64,000 bases of DNA from Basidiobolus meristosporus CBS 931.73 (lineage: Eukaryota; Fungi; Basidiobolomycota). The stretch spans positions 83,015 through 147,014 of the forward strand of contig MCFE01000165.1 of the NCBI GenBank assembly GCA_002104905.1. Direction: 5' to 3'. Under the pieces are notes generated by a model. It was not told the DNA's origin. It did not search any database and saw only the letters and a program-made list of their open reading frames with translations. The position numbers and the translations under genes are program-made. Positions within the stretch are counted from its first letter, which is position 1, and each line of letters starts with the position of its first letter. Shown here one piece after another: positions 13,725 through 25,569 of the stretch.

Positions 13725-15215
13725 CTAAGGGCTATTTAGGGCCTCTTTTACAGTCTGGGGCTCATCAATATGGACTGAATAGGCATAGGCTAAGTTTGTA
13801 CCCTCATTGATATAGTAATTTGGGCTATTTCTTGTCCAATTTGATCTCCGGGCATTTGATACTGGAATGATCACTTCTGGGAAATTCCTGGGCACTGATT
13901 CTGGCTGAACCATGGTTGTAGAGTCCTCTGGAGTGGAAAAATTTTCATTGTTTTGCTGTGACTCAATCCTGACAATTGATGGACTTGAGATCAAATTTTT
14001 GTCATCATCTGATGTGATTTTTTGTGAAAATTTTGAATTTTCATCAAACAACACATCCCTGGACTTGATAAGCTTCATTGCTTTGGTATTGTAGAGACTG
14101 TATGCCTTACTCTCATTGCAGTAGCCCAAAAATATGCATTTTACACTTTTTGGCTCAAATTTTGACTGATTTCCGGCCAGTTTTTTGGCATATGCTGTAC
14201 ACCCAAATATTCTTAGATGTTCTGCACTTGGTCTGTATCCATACCATGCTTCAAATGGAGTAGAATCATAAAGTATTCTGTTATAACTCCTATTTTTAAG
14301 ATATACAGCAGTGGCAACTGATTCTGCCCAAAAATCAAAGGATAATTTTTGATCATGGATCATAGATCTTGCCATATCAATTATTGATCTGTTAGCTTGT
14401 TCTGCTACTCCATTTTGCTGCGGGGAGTATGGTACAGTAGTCTCTTGCTTTATCCCATGAATTTTGCAGAAGTGGATGAAGAGTTTTGAGGTATATTCTC
14501 CACCATTGTCAGAGTGAATTTTCTTGATTTTTTCACCAGTTTCTTTCTCCACCATGGCTTTAAACTCCCTGAACTTAGACAGAGCTTCTTCCTTTCTCTC
14601 CATAAAGTAGACCCATGTGTAACTTGTACAATCATCAATAAAAGTGATTAGATACTTCATCCCGCCTAAGGATAAATTTTGCATAGGTCCACACAGATCT
14701 GAGTGAATTAGATCTAATTTTTTCTTAGTTTTGATTAACCCAGAGCTCTTGAACGGTTGTCTGGCTTGTTTCCCATATATGCAGGCTTCACAGTGCTCCA
14801 AATTAGCTGGGGGATCAATTTTCACTCCAGAAATTAGCTGATCTTTGATCATTTTGCGCAAATAATCAAAATTGATGTGTCCAAATCTCCTGTGCCAAAG
14901 CATTGGTGTTTCTTCACTTAAGTTACTTATATTGGCTTCCAAATATGATGGAATATAAGTCAACTTGTATAGATTCTGATCTCTGATGCCCAAAGCAATA
15001 TGGGCACCATTTTGATCAGTGATCCTGCATCCAGAATTGTCAAAACTGAAACTGAGTCCTTCTGCTGTGGCCTTGCTTACAGAGAGTAGGTTCTTGGCTA
15101 TTTCTGGTACATAGAGTACTTCTTTAAAGGTCAGTGTATGGCTTCCTTTACTGCTTCTAAGGTTTACTTGGATAGTTCCTTCTCCCACTGCATCAAGTGT
15201 TCTATTGTCACCCAT
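13725..15215 (-). CDS. Copia protease C-terminal part + GAG-pre-integrase + integrase (496-aa segment)
   Basis: LWHRRFGH...CEAC zinc finger, HSDLCGP, HSDNGGEY and TPQQNG-like (SPQQNGVAE) catalytic core. Confidence 0.95.
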   Translation of the reverse strand: MGDNRTLDAVGEGTIQVNLRSSKGSHTLTFKEVLYVPEIAKNLLSVSKATAEGLSFSFDNSGCRITDQNGAHIALGIRDQNLYKLTYIPSYLEANISNLSEETPMLWHRRFGHINFDYLRKMIKDQLISGVKIDPPANLEHCEACIYGKQARQPFKSSGLIKTKKKLDLIHSDLCGPMQNLSLGGMKYLITFIDDCTSYTWVYFMERKEEALSKFREFKAMVEKETGEKIKKIHSDNGGEYTSKLFIHFCKIHGIKQETTVPYSPQQNGVAEQANRSIIDMARSMIHDQKLSFDFWAESVATAVYLKNRSYNRILYDSTPFEAWYGYRPSAEHLRIFGCTAYAKKLAGNQSKFEPKSVKCIFLGYCNESKAYSLYNTKAMKLIKSRDVLFDENSKFSQKITSDDDKNLISSPSIVRIESQQNNENFSTPEDSTTMVQPESVPRNFPEVIIPVSNARRSNWTRNSPNYYINEGTNLAYAYSVHIDEPQTVKEALNSP

Positions 15216-15358
15216 GAAACCTTCTTAATTGGAATTTCTTGATATTGGGTAAAAAGTTCTTTTTAGTGTGTAAAGTGTTGAGAAGCTCCAGAGTCAATAT
15301 ACCACGTCTGAGAATCCTTGTTTGTGGTCATATTTAGTGCAGATATGAATAGTCTATC

Positions 15359-16162
15359 TTAAGTTGTTGCAGCATTTCCATATTCAGGCTTCTTTTGCTG
15401 ATAATCTCTCTTATTGAAACACCGGTCTGATGTGTGTCCTTTCCTTTTGCAGTAGTTGCAAAATAGGTTGCTGTTGCCTTTGTAGGGTCTTGGATACCTC
15501 CTTTGTTGGTTATCATTGCTTATTAAAGCATTTTCTTCTTCCTTCTTATTGGCGCTTGATTTTCTTAATTCTTCATCCAGGAGCCTTCCATATACGTAAT
15601 TTAAGGTCAAATCTTCAGTTCTGGACTCTAGGGCTGATACAAGGCCCTGAAACTTGTCTGTCAGGCTATTCAGGATGGTAACTATCACATCCTCATCAGT
15701 AGTTGGTATGCCCAAAGATTCCATCTCATCTACCAGCAGGGTAATTCTGTTAATTAGATTTTTCATTTCTTCTCCTGGCAGCATCTTTGTAGTAAAGAAT
15801 TTTTGTCTCAGATACATTTTCTTAGCAGCTGAACATGACTCCAAGGTGTCTTCTAATGCCTTCCAGGCATTCTTTGCCGTTTTTGCTCTTGAGCATTGAA
15901 TTAGCAATTTGTCCTTAACATCAAGGCAAATGCAGTTAAAGGCACTTTGTTCTTTCTTCTGGTACTTCAAGGCTTCCTCTCCCACGTTTTTAGGAGGGCA
16001 TTCTTCTCCCATGACAATATCCCAAAGGCCTCTTTCTTGTAGCAGCATCTTCATCTTCACCTTCCACACTTGGTAGTGAGATCCATCCAACTTTTCAGCA
16101 GAGGGAAAAATTCCAGTAATAGCAGTAGTAGACATTGCAGGGAGTGACAGCTTGGGGCTCAT
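15359..16162 (-). CDS. Copia Gag
   Basis: LDGSHYQVWKVKMKMLL and CCHC knuckle CNYCKRKGHTSDRC. The first ATG after the LTR lies inside the PBS; the true start could instead be the later MSTT. Confidence 0.88.
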   Translation of the reverse strand: MSPKLSLPAMSTTAITGIFPSAEKLDGSHYQVWKVKMKMLLQERGLWDIVMGEECPPKNVGEEALKYQKKEQSAFNCICLDVKDKLLIQCSRAKTAKNAWKALEDTLESCSAAKKMYLRQKFFTTKMLPGEEMKNLINRITLLVDEMESLGIPTTDEDVIVTILNSLTDKFQGLVSALESRTEDLTLNYVYGRLLDEELRKSSANKKEEENALISNDNQQRRYPRPYKGNSNLFCNYCKRKGHTSDRCFNKRDYQQKKPEYGNAATT

Positions 16163-16166
16163 AGCC
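16151..16166 (-). promoter_or_regulatory. Primer-binding site complementary to the anticodon arm of initiator tRNA-Met (half-tRNA priming type)
   Basis: GGCTATGAGCCCCAAG abuts the LTR. Sister copies read GGTTATGAGCCCTG (16681 downward) and GGTTATGAGCCCC (17596). Confidence 0.85.
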
Positions 16167-16515
16167 TGTTGTAAGAGTCTTGGAGATATTGGAAGTGATT
16201 TGGAGAACAAGTAGATTATGAGGTTTTCACTTAATGATTTATTGAATGTAAAAGTAGTATTTATACTTTTACCTGGTCTTGGCATTACAAACACGTAGAA
16301 TAGGTTAAGGAAGGTCCCAAGAACATGTGTGCAAAGTTTGGGGCTGTTTGGACAACTTTGAGAATTATCATGTTCTGGGTACCTGGCATTTTGGTGAAAA
16401 TATTCTAAGTAAATCCCGACAAGGAATTTGGTCAGTATTCTCTAGGATTTGAAGGTAATGATCTAAGTGACTAAGTTAGGTGAATATTTAGGTGGAAATA
16501 CGAATTTTTACAACA
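16167..16515 (-). repeat. 5' LTR of copy D
   Basis: About 97% identical to 11832-12180 by manual comparison. Confidence 0.97.
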
Positions 16516-17029
16516 TTCTTCTCCCATGACAATATCCCAATGGCCTCTTTCTTGTAGCAGCATCTTCATCTTCACCTTCCACACTAGGTAGTGGGATCCA
16601 TCCAGCTTTTCAGCTGAGGGAAAAATTCCAGTAGTAGCAGTAGTAGATATTGCAGAGAGTGACAGCTCAGGGCTCATAACCTGTTGTAAGAGTCTTGGAG
16701 ATATCAGCAGTGATTGGGAGAACAAGTAGATTATGTGGTTTTCACTTAAGGATTTATTGAATGTAAAGTAGTATTTATACTTTTACATGGTCATGGCATA
16801 GCAAACACATAGAATGGGTTAAGGAAGCTCCCAAGAGCATGTGTGCAAAGTTTGGGGCTGTTTGGACAACCTTGAGAATTTTCATGTTCTGGGTGCCTGG
16901 TATTTTGGTGAAAATATTTCAAGTATATCCCAAACAGGAATTTGGTTGGTATTCTCTAGGACTCAAAGGTAATGATCTAAGTGACTAAGCTAGGTGAATA
17001 TTTAGGTGGAATTACAAATTTTTACAACA
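16516..17029 (-). mobile_element. Copia copy C, 5' part: 5' LTR 16682-17029, PBS and gag start
   Basis: Family LTR and PBS GGTTATGAGCCCTG. Gag N-terminus is interrupted at GEEC by the copy D insertion. Confidence 0.92.
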
Positions 17030-17253
17030 TTATTCAGTGAAAACCAGTTAATCTACTTGTCCTCTCATATCACTTCCAATATTGCCTAGACTCTTAGAAC
17101 AGCAATATCAGGCCCTGATGGAAAAGCAACTTGGGACTTAGACAAATTACATGTTAGCCAAAAGTTGATTGGATGCAGATGGGTCTTTAAGACAAAGTGC
17201 AAGGTGAATGGTACAATTGAAAGATACAAAGTATGATTTGTGGCCAAAGGGTG
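17030..17253 (+). mobile_element. LTR 3'-end remnant (17030-17101) followed by an RT N-terminal fragment (right part of host copy X)
   Basis: GTGAAAACC...CTCTTAGAACA matches the LTR end. AATATCAGGCCCTGATGG...GCCAAAGGG then continues the RT start region. Confidence 0.7.
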
Positions 17254-20200
17254 TTGCAAAAATTTGTAATTCCACCTAAATAATCACCTAACTTAGTCAC
17301 TTAGATCATTGAACTCAAATCCTAGAAAATACTGACCAAATTCCTTGTTGGGATTCACTTGAAATATTTTCACCAAAATACCAGGCACCCAGAGTATGAA
17401 ATTCTCAAAGTTGTCCAAACAGCCCCAAACCTTGCACATATGCTCTTGGGACCTTTCTTAATCTATTTTACATGTTTGTTATGCCAAGACCATGTAAAAG
17501 TATAATACTACTTTATATTTAATAAATGATCAAGTTAAAACCACATAATCTACTTGTTCTCCCAATCACTGCAAAATCTCCAAGACTCTACAACAGGTTA
17601 TGAGCCCCAAGCTGTCACTCTCTGCAATATCTACTACTGCTACTACTGGAATTTTTCCCTCTGCTGAAAATTTGGATGGATCTCACCACCAAGTGTGCAA
17701 GGTGTAGATGACAATGCTGCTTCAAGAAAGAGGCCTTTTGGATATTGTCATGGGAGAAGAATGCCCCCCTAAAAATACGGGAGAGGAAACCTTAAAGTAC
17801 CAGAAAAAAGAACAAAGTGCCTTTAACTACATTTGCCTTAATGTTAATGACAAATTGCCAATTCAATGCTCAAGAGCAAAAACAGCAAAGAATGCCTGGA
17901 AGGCATTAGGAGACACCAACCAGTCATGTTCAGCTGCCAAGAAAATGTATCTGAGACAAAAATTCTTTACTACAAAGATGCAGCCAGGAGTAGATATGAA
18001 AAATCTAATTAACAGAATTACCCTGCTGGCAGATGAAATAGAATCTCTGGGCATAGCAATTACTGATGAGGATGTGCTAGTTACCATCCTGAATAGCCTG
18101 AAAGACAAGCTTCAGGGCCTTGTATCAGCCCTAGAGTCCAGAACTGAAGATTTGACCTTAAAATACATATATGGAAGGCTCCTGGATGAAGAATTAAGAA
18201 AATCAAGTGCCAATACAAAGGAAGAAGAAAATGCTTTAATAAGAAACAATAACCAACAAAGAAGGTACCCAGGACCCTACAAAGGCACCAGCAACCTGTT
18301 TTGCAACTACTGCAAAAGGAAAGGACACACATCAGACTGGTGTATCAAAAAATGAGATAATCAGCAAAAGAAGCTTGAATATGGAAATGCTGCAACAACT
18401 GAGGATAGACTAATCATATCTGCACTAATATGACCACAAGCAAAGATTCTCAGAAGTGGTATATTGACTTGGGAGCATCTCAGCACTTTACCCACTAAAA
18501 GGAACTTTTTACCCAATATCAAGAAATTCAATTTAAGAAAGTTTTTATGGGTGAAAATAGAACACTTGATGCAGTGGGAGAAGGAACTATCCAAGTAAGC
18601 CTAAGAAGCAATGAAGGAAGCCATACACTGACCTTTAAGGAAGTGTTCTATGTACCAGAAATAGCCAGGAAACTACTATCTGTAAGCAAGGCCACAGCAG
18701 AAGTACTCAGTTTCAGCTTTGACAATTCTGGATGCAGGATCACTGATCAGTATGGTGCCCATATTGCTTCAGGTATCAGAGATCAGAATCTATACAAGTT
18801 GACTTATATTCCATCATATCTGGAAGCCAATAGAAGTAATTTAAATGAAGAAACACCAATGATTTGGCACAGGAAATTTGGACACGTCAAATTTAAGTAT
18901 TTGCGCAAAATGATCAAAGATCAGCTAATTTCTGGAGTAAAATAGATCCCCCAGCTAACTTGGAGCACTGTGAAGCCTGCATATATGGGAAACAAGTCAG
19001 ATAAGCGTTCAAGTGCTCTGGGTTAATTAAAACTAACAAAAAATTAGATCTAATTCACTCAGATCTGTGTTGACCTATGCAAAATTTGTCCTTAGGTGGG
19101 ATGGTGTATTTGATCACATTTATTGATGCTTATACAAGATACATGTGGGTTTACTTCATGGAGAGAAAGGAAAAAAGCTCTGTCTAAGCTCAGGGATTTC
19201 AAAGCCATGGTGGAGAGAGAAACTGGTGAAAAAATCAAGCAAATATGCTCTGACAATGGTGGTGAATATACCTCAAAACTCTTCATTCACTTTGGCAAAA
19301 TTCATGGGATAGAGCAAGAGACAACCATACCATTCTCCTCACAGCAAAATGGAGAAGCAGAATGTGCTTACAGATCAATAGTTGATATGACAAGGTCTAT
19401 GATCCATGATCAAGAATTATCCTATAGTTTTTGGGCAGAATCAGTTGCCACTGCTGTATACCTTAAAAATAGGAGTTATAACAGAATACTTTGTGATTCT
19501 ACTCCACTTGAAGCATGGTATGGGTACAGACCAAGTGCAGAGCATCTAAAAATATTTTGGTGTACTGTATATGCCAAGAAACTGCCCAGAAATCAGTCAA
19601 AATATGAGCCAAAAATTGTAACATGCATATTTTTGGGCTACTGCAATGAGAGTAAGGCATACAGTCTCTACAATACCAAAGCAAAGAAGCTGATCAAGTC
19701 CAGGGATGTGTTACTTGATGAAAATTCAAAATTTTCACAAAATATGACTTCAGATGATGACAAAAATTTGTTCTCAAGTACACCAATTGTCAGGATGGAA
19801 TCAGAGCAAAGCAATGAAAATTTTTTCACTCCAGAGAGCTCCACAACCATGGTTCAGCCAGAATCGGTGTCTAGGAATATCCCGGAAGTGATCATTCCAG
19901 TATCAAATGCCAGGATACCCAACCAGACAAGAAATAGCCCAAAGTACTATATCAATGAGGGTACAAACTTAGCCTATGCCTATTCAGTCCATATTGATGA
20001 GCCCCATACTGTAAAAGAGGCCCTAAATATCCCTCAGACAATGCTTTGTAGATCTTCAATGACTGAGGAATATTAGGCCATGATGGAAAATCAAACCTGG
20101 GACTTGGCCTAATTACCAAACAGCCAAAAATAAATTGGATGCAGATGGGTCTTCAAGAAAAAATACAAGGCTGATGGTACAATTAAAAGATAAAATGCAA

Positions 20201-21675
20201 GACTTGTGACCAAAGAATACTCTCAAACAAAAGGACTTGACTATACTGATACCTAAACACTTCATCCACTTCTGCAAAATTCATGGGATAATGCAAAAGA
20301 CTACTGTATCATACCCCCCACAGCAAAATGGAGTGGCAGAACATGCAAACTGATCAATAAATGGTATTGCAAGATCATAATCCATGATCAAAAATTATCC
20401 TATGATTTTGGGCAGAATCAGTTGCCCCAGCAGTATACCTTAAAAATAGGAGTGATAACCAAATACTTTGTGATTCTACTCCTTATGAAGCAGGGTATGG
20501 ATACAGACTAAGTGTAGAGCATCTCAGAACTTATGGGTGTACAGCATATGCCAAGAAAATGCCTGGAAATCAATCAAAACTTGAGCCAAATACTGTTAAA
20601 TACATGTTTTGGGCTACTGCAATGAGAGTAAGGCATACAGACTTGATAATACCAAGGCAAAAAAGCTGATCAAGTCCAGGGATGTGTTGTCTGATGAAAA
20701 CTCAAAATGCTGACATAAAATTACATCAAAGGATGGCAAAAATTTGATTGCAAGTCCACCAATAGTCAGGATTGAGTCAGAGCAAAACAATGAGAACTAT
20801 GCCTATTCAGTCCATATTGATGAGCCCCAGACTGTAAAAGAGGCCCTAAATAGCCCTCAGACAAATTTTTGGAGATCTGCAATGACTGAGGCATATCAGG
20901 CCCTAATGGAAAATCAAACATGGGACTTAGTCAAATTACCAATCAACCAATCATCAATTGGATGCAGATGGGTCTTCAAGGCAAAATACAAGGCTGATGG
21001 TGCAATTGAAAGATACAAAGCAAGACTTGTAGCCAAAGAATACTCTCAAACAAAAGGACTTGACTATACTGAGACCTTTGCACTGATAGCCAAGTTTAAT
21101 TCCATCAGATTAATATTGGCTATTGCAGCCAAATATAAGTTTTTTATTCATCAAATGGATGTAAAAACTGCATTTTTGAATGGAGAACTTGATTAGGACA
21201 TGTATATGGACCAGCCTGATAGGTTTGCTGACCAAGATAACCCCTATTTGGTCTGCAAGCTTAAAAATTCTCTATATGATCTCAAACAATCACCAAGAGC
21301 CTGGAATTGCAAGAGGGATTTATATTTAGAATCTTTGAGTATCAAAAGGAGTAATGCTGACTATAGTATATACTATAAGCCAGATAGAGCAAATTCAGTT
21401 CTATTAGCTCTATATGTGGATGATCTTATTACAGCTCCCAATAACCTAAAAACATTAGAAGAGACTATATCCAGCCTATATAAAGAGTCAAGATGTCCAA
21501 TTTAGGAGAACTCAGTTACTACTTAGGGATAAAGTTTTCCATAGACAGAGGTACCCACACTATCACCCTAAGCCAATCCAAGTATATTCAAGATATACTG
21601 AAGAAGTACCAAATGGAAAACTGTAAACTGGCAGCTACCCCAATGAAGATAAACCTTGACTTGGTCAAAACTCAA
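17254..21675 (+). mobile_element. Copia copy E (5' LTR 17254-17595, gag, protease, integrase, RT start) joined at ~20253 to a second integrase-RT segment resembling copy B
   Basis: TGTTGCAA...CTACAACA LTR and PBS at 17596. ORFs 17708-18355, 18547-18945, 19123-20076 and 20744-21696. The integrase region is repeated after 20253. Confidence 0.9.
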
Positions 21676-22631
21676 CAAAGAATGAGAAGTATATAGTTTA
21701 CTTGCTCTTTGAATAACTTTGCATATCATCAAGTCTCTAAGAACAACTTTATATCAAATCACCTAATGATATGCAGCAGATTATTGATGTCAGTACACTT
21801 ATGTACTGACATCAACTTAGATACTCAGAACCTAGCTTACAAACTTCAGTATTTCCAGCCCAAAGTCTTTGTCAGGATTGACTTCGTATATTTTCATCAA
21901 GATGACGAATGCCCGAAATTGAAATTTCTTGCAATTGATCACAAAACCTTTCGAAGATATAAAATCTACGGAATTGTTAGTCTTACAATCAATTGGCTAG
22001 GCGGAAGCACACTAAGAAATTGAACAATATATACCTGGATACTCTGCGCGAGAACCTCAATATTCGAGTTTTTCATTGGTGGTTTACAGAATATAGCGCA
22101 ACAACATGGTGATACGAATGATTCGAGTATTTGGACCAAGAACACCACATCTAGTTGTTCAAGTGGTCATATAACACCAAACAGCCGAAACAGCCGAAAC
22201 AGCCGACATTGTACTGCTCAGTTGTTACGTACAAGGCATTTGTTGAACCAAAGAGCACATCCACTGCAAATGGCAATAAACCAGTACATATAGAGCTGAT
22301 TCGGTGGGCCGAAATTGGTGATGTCTACCGCTTTATTTGGTGAAGCAGGCATGAATGGATGTTGATGGGATGTTGACGATCGTTATCCGTTGATTCGTCC
22401 GCTGGTCGGCCATGGTAAGTTCTACGGCTGGCCAATTCAAGCCAATCTATACCGGATTCATCGATATGGGTCACGCGATTAGCCAATAGCTCCTCTATCA
22501 ACAATGCCAGTGAATCACCTTTTCTGTCAAGAGCCACTCTGCTACCAATATGCGGGCGCTGCTCGAGTATATATGTGTGCACCATCCACTGGTGCGCCAC
22601 ACAATCATTGTTAGTTTGCGATTTACCTGAT

Positions 22632-24334
22632 ATGAAAGCTACCGAGCGAGAGCAGATGCAGGAGCGGTCTGCGTTGTTAGCTGAGCATGCGCCTAGAAGG
22701 GAGCATCAGGTCCCGTATATTTGGCTTTACTTGTACCACACCTTCAAGTATGTTCCTATCTTTCCCGTCTCTTCATCCCTGTACTGATGTCGACACTTTG
22801 CATGGCAGCACCTGGAGCGATCGGTTTTACGAGTTTGCCACCTTTGTATTTATCATGGATATCTTCAAGAACACGCTGCTTCCCTCCTCCCTGTACGGCT
22901 TCGTTTTCACCGCCTCTGGGATTCTTTTGAGTAGCTCGGTTGGGAAGTGGATTGACCGGACTCCCAGGCTTCGAGGTAGTACTGCTTAGGTATCCTCGGG
23001 GGTCTAGCAACTAACGTGCGATTCCCTTGTAGCCATTCAGGTTTTCGTTCCAATCAAGCGACTCAGTGTGGCTTTGATATCACTTGGCTTCATTGTCCTC
23101 TTTGCATTTTACGACTATGAAGTCATCCCCGACAGTGCAAAGCCGATGTGTTACACAATCTTTGGTGCCATCGTCCTGCTCGGTGGTACGCTGAAATTGG
23201 CCAGCGTTGGCGCCAGCATTGTGGTGGAGAAGGATTGGCTTGTGGTGATCGCGCAGTCCGATTCCGTCATACTTACGCGTGAGTGCATGGTTGTTTTCGG
23301 TGGTCACCGATCGTAGGCTCATTAGATGTTGTTAGGCGCAAACTCTTTCATGCGGCGTATCGAGCTTGTCAATAAGATGATCACCCCGCTGGCTTTTGGC
23401 CTGATCGTCTCGCTACGATCCACGATGTTCTGCGTCGTCTTCACGGGCATCTGGTCCATCTTCTCGATGGTGTGTGAGCTGTATCTGATCAGGAAGGTGT
23501 ACGACAGCATTCCCTGGCTGTCGGAGACCAAAGAGCCAACATTGGCCCAGTACTTCAGTATCGTCAACCACGAAGATGGTGCTGAGCTAGGGGAGCAGCT
23601 GGATAGACGAGAATCTGAACCGTGGCCCCGACGCCTGTACAATGATTGGCTGGAGTACTACAAGCATCCCATATTCGCCGGTAAGTGTCTCAGAGGCTGC
23701 GGAGTGTTGATGGCGTACTAACGGGGCTGCTTAGTATCCCTTTCGTATGCGATGGTGTACATGTCGGTTTTGAGCGTCGCTGGCACCATGGTTTCTTGGC
23801 TCAAGTGGAGAGGCTACTCGGACTCCTCGGTTGGCATCATGCGCAGTGTTATGGCGCTGCTGGCCATCCTTGGGACATTCCTGATGCCCCTGATGTCGCG
23901 TTTCTTGGGATTAATGAAAACGGCCCAGATCGCAGTGAGTCTGGAGTGGGTCGCGCTGATCCCAGTGATCATCACATTCTTCTTGAGCCCCAGCTGGCTC
24001 ACCACTGTACTACTCATTGGCGGTATCTCGCTCTCGCGAACCTGCGTGTGGATATTCGATCTTAGCCAGATGCAGATTCTCCAGGAGCAAATTTCCAACG
24101 GCCAGACTGGGCTCATCCATGGCTGGCACTTCACGTTGTGCAACTTGTTTGATCTTGGCCAGTTTCTTTTGACCATCATCTGGAGTGATCCGCGTATCTT
24201 CAAGATCCCAGCCATGGTTTCATTTTGCATGGTCTTCTTGGCCGCTTGTACATTCACTAGGTAAGCGTCGGCTGCTGATTTGGTCAATTTGGTTGCTAAC
24301 GTGTGGTTCTAGATTTTACTACCGGTCCTCCTAG
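22632..24334 (+). CDS. Ferroportin/IREG-like (SLC40) metal exporter, 6 exons (22632-22747, 22809-22975, 23033-23278, 23336-23680, 23735-24260, 24313-24334)
   Basis: The spliced product has LYHTFNTWSDRFYEFA, ANSFMRRIELVNK, VYMSVLSVAGTM, SRTCVWIFDLSQMQILQE and NLFDL motifs typical of ferroportin. All introns are GT-AG. Confidence 0.88.
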
Positions 24335-25569
24335 ACGGCTGTTCTGTATACTGTATAAATAACCCCTATGCCTCCCATAAACGACAATAGACCAAAGATA
24401 GTAGAACACCATTCCTTCGGTGGAATCTTCCGCACTTGCCTTATGGTGGAATCTTCCGGACTTACTGCTTTTGACTGAGGATGTGAGGAGGGAGCGTATT
24501 ATTCCGAGGATAACGGTTGTTGGTAGTTCATGAACCACAAATAGTAATATATAAATCAATAGTACGCAGATGCGGTTAATCGATGGTGAAATCGGCTTAG
24601 TCGAGTGCGTGACTGATCACTGGCCGGTGTGGTTGATCTGATCACAGAATCTGAGATTTATTAAAGCCCAACGGTCTGGCGACATCGTATTGGTGGCTAT
24701 GCCTAGAATCCATTGTATTGGTGGCTATACCTAGAACCCCATGATTCATATCATCTGCAGTAGATACACTGTAACGATTATCTCGCACAAAGCAAGCATG
24801 AGATGCGAAACAGTTTCACGTAGAGATTAGAGAACAAAACAATCGATTGTTGATGCAGTGTGGTGAGCATTGGCAGCCAACTAACTCGTACCAACAACCC
24901 ATTGATGATTAAAGCCACATTCATTTCCGCCACGCAAGAATTCCGTGAAACAAACTACATGGTGATCTGCAGCCTTTGCCGCGACTTACCGTTATCCCTT
25001 GTTTGATGGATATTCTCTATCCATGATGTCAACATTTTCTATCTGTCCGCTGGAAGTTCATCACGCAGATGAAGGGCCTACAGGTGCATGGTAATGGCTG
25101 GAGATAGTCCGAAATGCACAGCACTACAGTCAGGGGAAGGTGATAACGGTCATTGATATTGATCCTTACTGGAATCATACCTCACTGATTCCTAAAACGA
25201 TGGGAATAAGCTTCTGTTTCGTTAAACGAGTTGGCTTTGTGACTCGATGTTTTCTGTTCATGCACGATTGGTGCACATGTGACGAGATTCTGGAGAACCA
25301 ACAGTCACACTTATAAATGTACATTAACTTGTTTCTGTACGAATAATATTTCCTAGTGTTACTATACTCTATCGTGCAGTCCTTTGATTCTTCCTTCCTT
25401 TAGTTCAAGTGCCATTCCATCGACTTTTCTCGGTCGTTTGAGATTTATCTCTCTCTCTCTCTCTTCATACCCTAAACTGCTTTCATTCATTAAATCGATA
25501 TTCCCTATATTATAGAAGCGCACTCACTAGTCTTCGCCACTCTATCCACTTCATTTGATATACACAAGA

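Larger units (their letters stand above)
11832..16515 (-). mobile_element. Full-length Ty1/copia element (copy D, 4684 bp) with paired LTRs, PBS, PPT and 5-bp TSD; gag-pol disrupted by 3 stops and 1 frameshift
   Basis: LTRs at 11832-12180 and 16167-16515 (349 bp each; I counted 9 differences). TSD TTCTT at 11827-11831 and 16516-16520. Domain order gag-PR-INT-RT-RH. Motifs CNYCKRKGH, WYIDSGAS, LIHSDLCGP, LYVDD and YSDADWG. Confidence 0.97.

Noticed and set aside
1-21700. Classical RIP as the cause of TE decay
   Set aside because: Differences between the D LTRs are mostly transversions and the depletion is CpG-centred. This fits methylation-driven decay better, although it was not computed.
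21966-22600. Minus-strand ORFs 22325-22600 and 21966-22148 as a gene
   Set aside because: Splice-like signals exist, but no coherent model or recognisable domain was found. It could be a gene relic.
22990-22997. GTATCCTC inside ferroportin intron 2 as a U12 donor
   Set aside because: Using it puts an in-frame TAG in the exon, and the branch site is U2-type (CTAAC).
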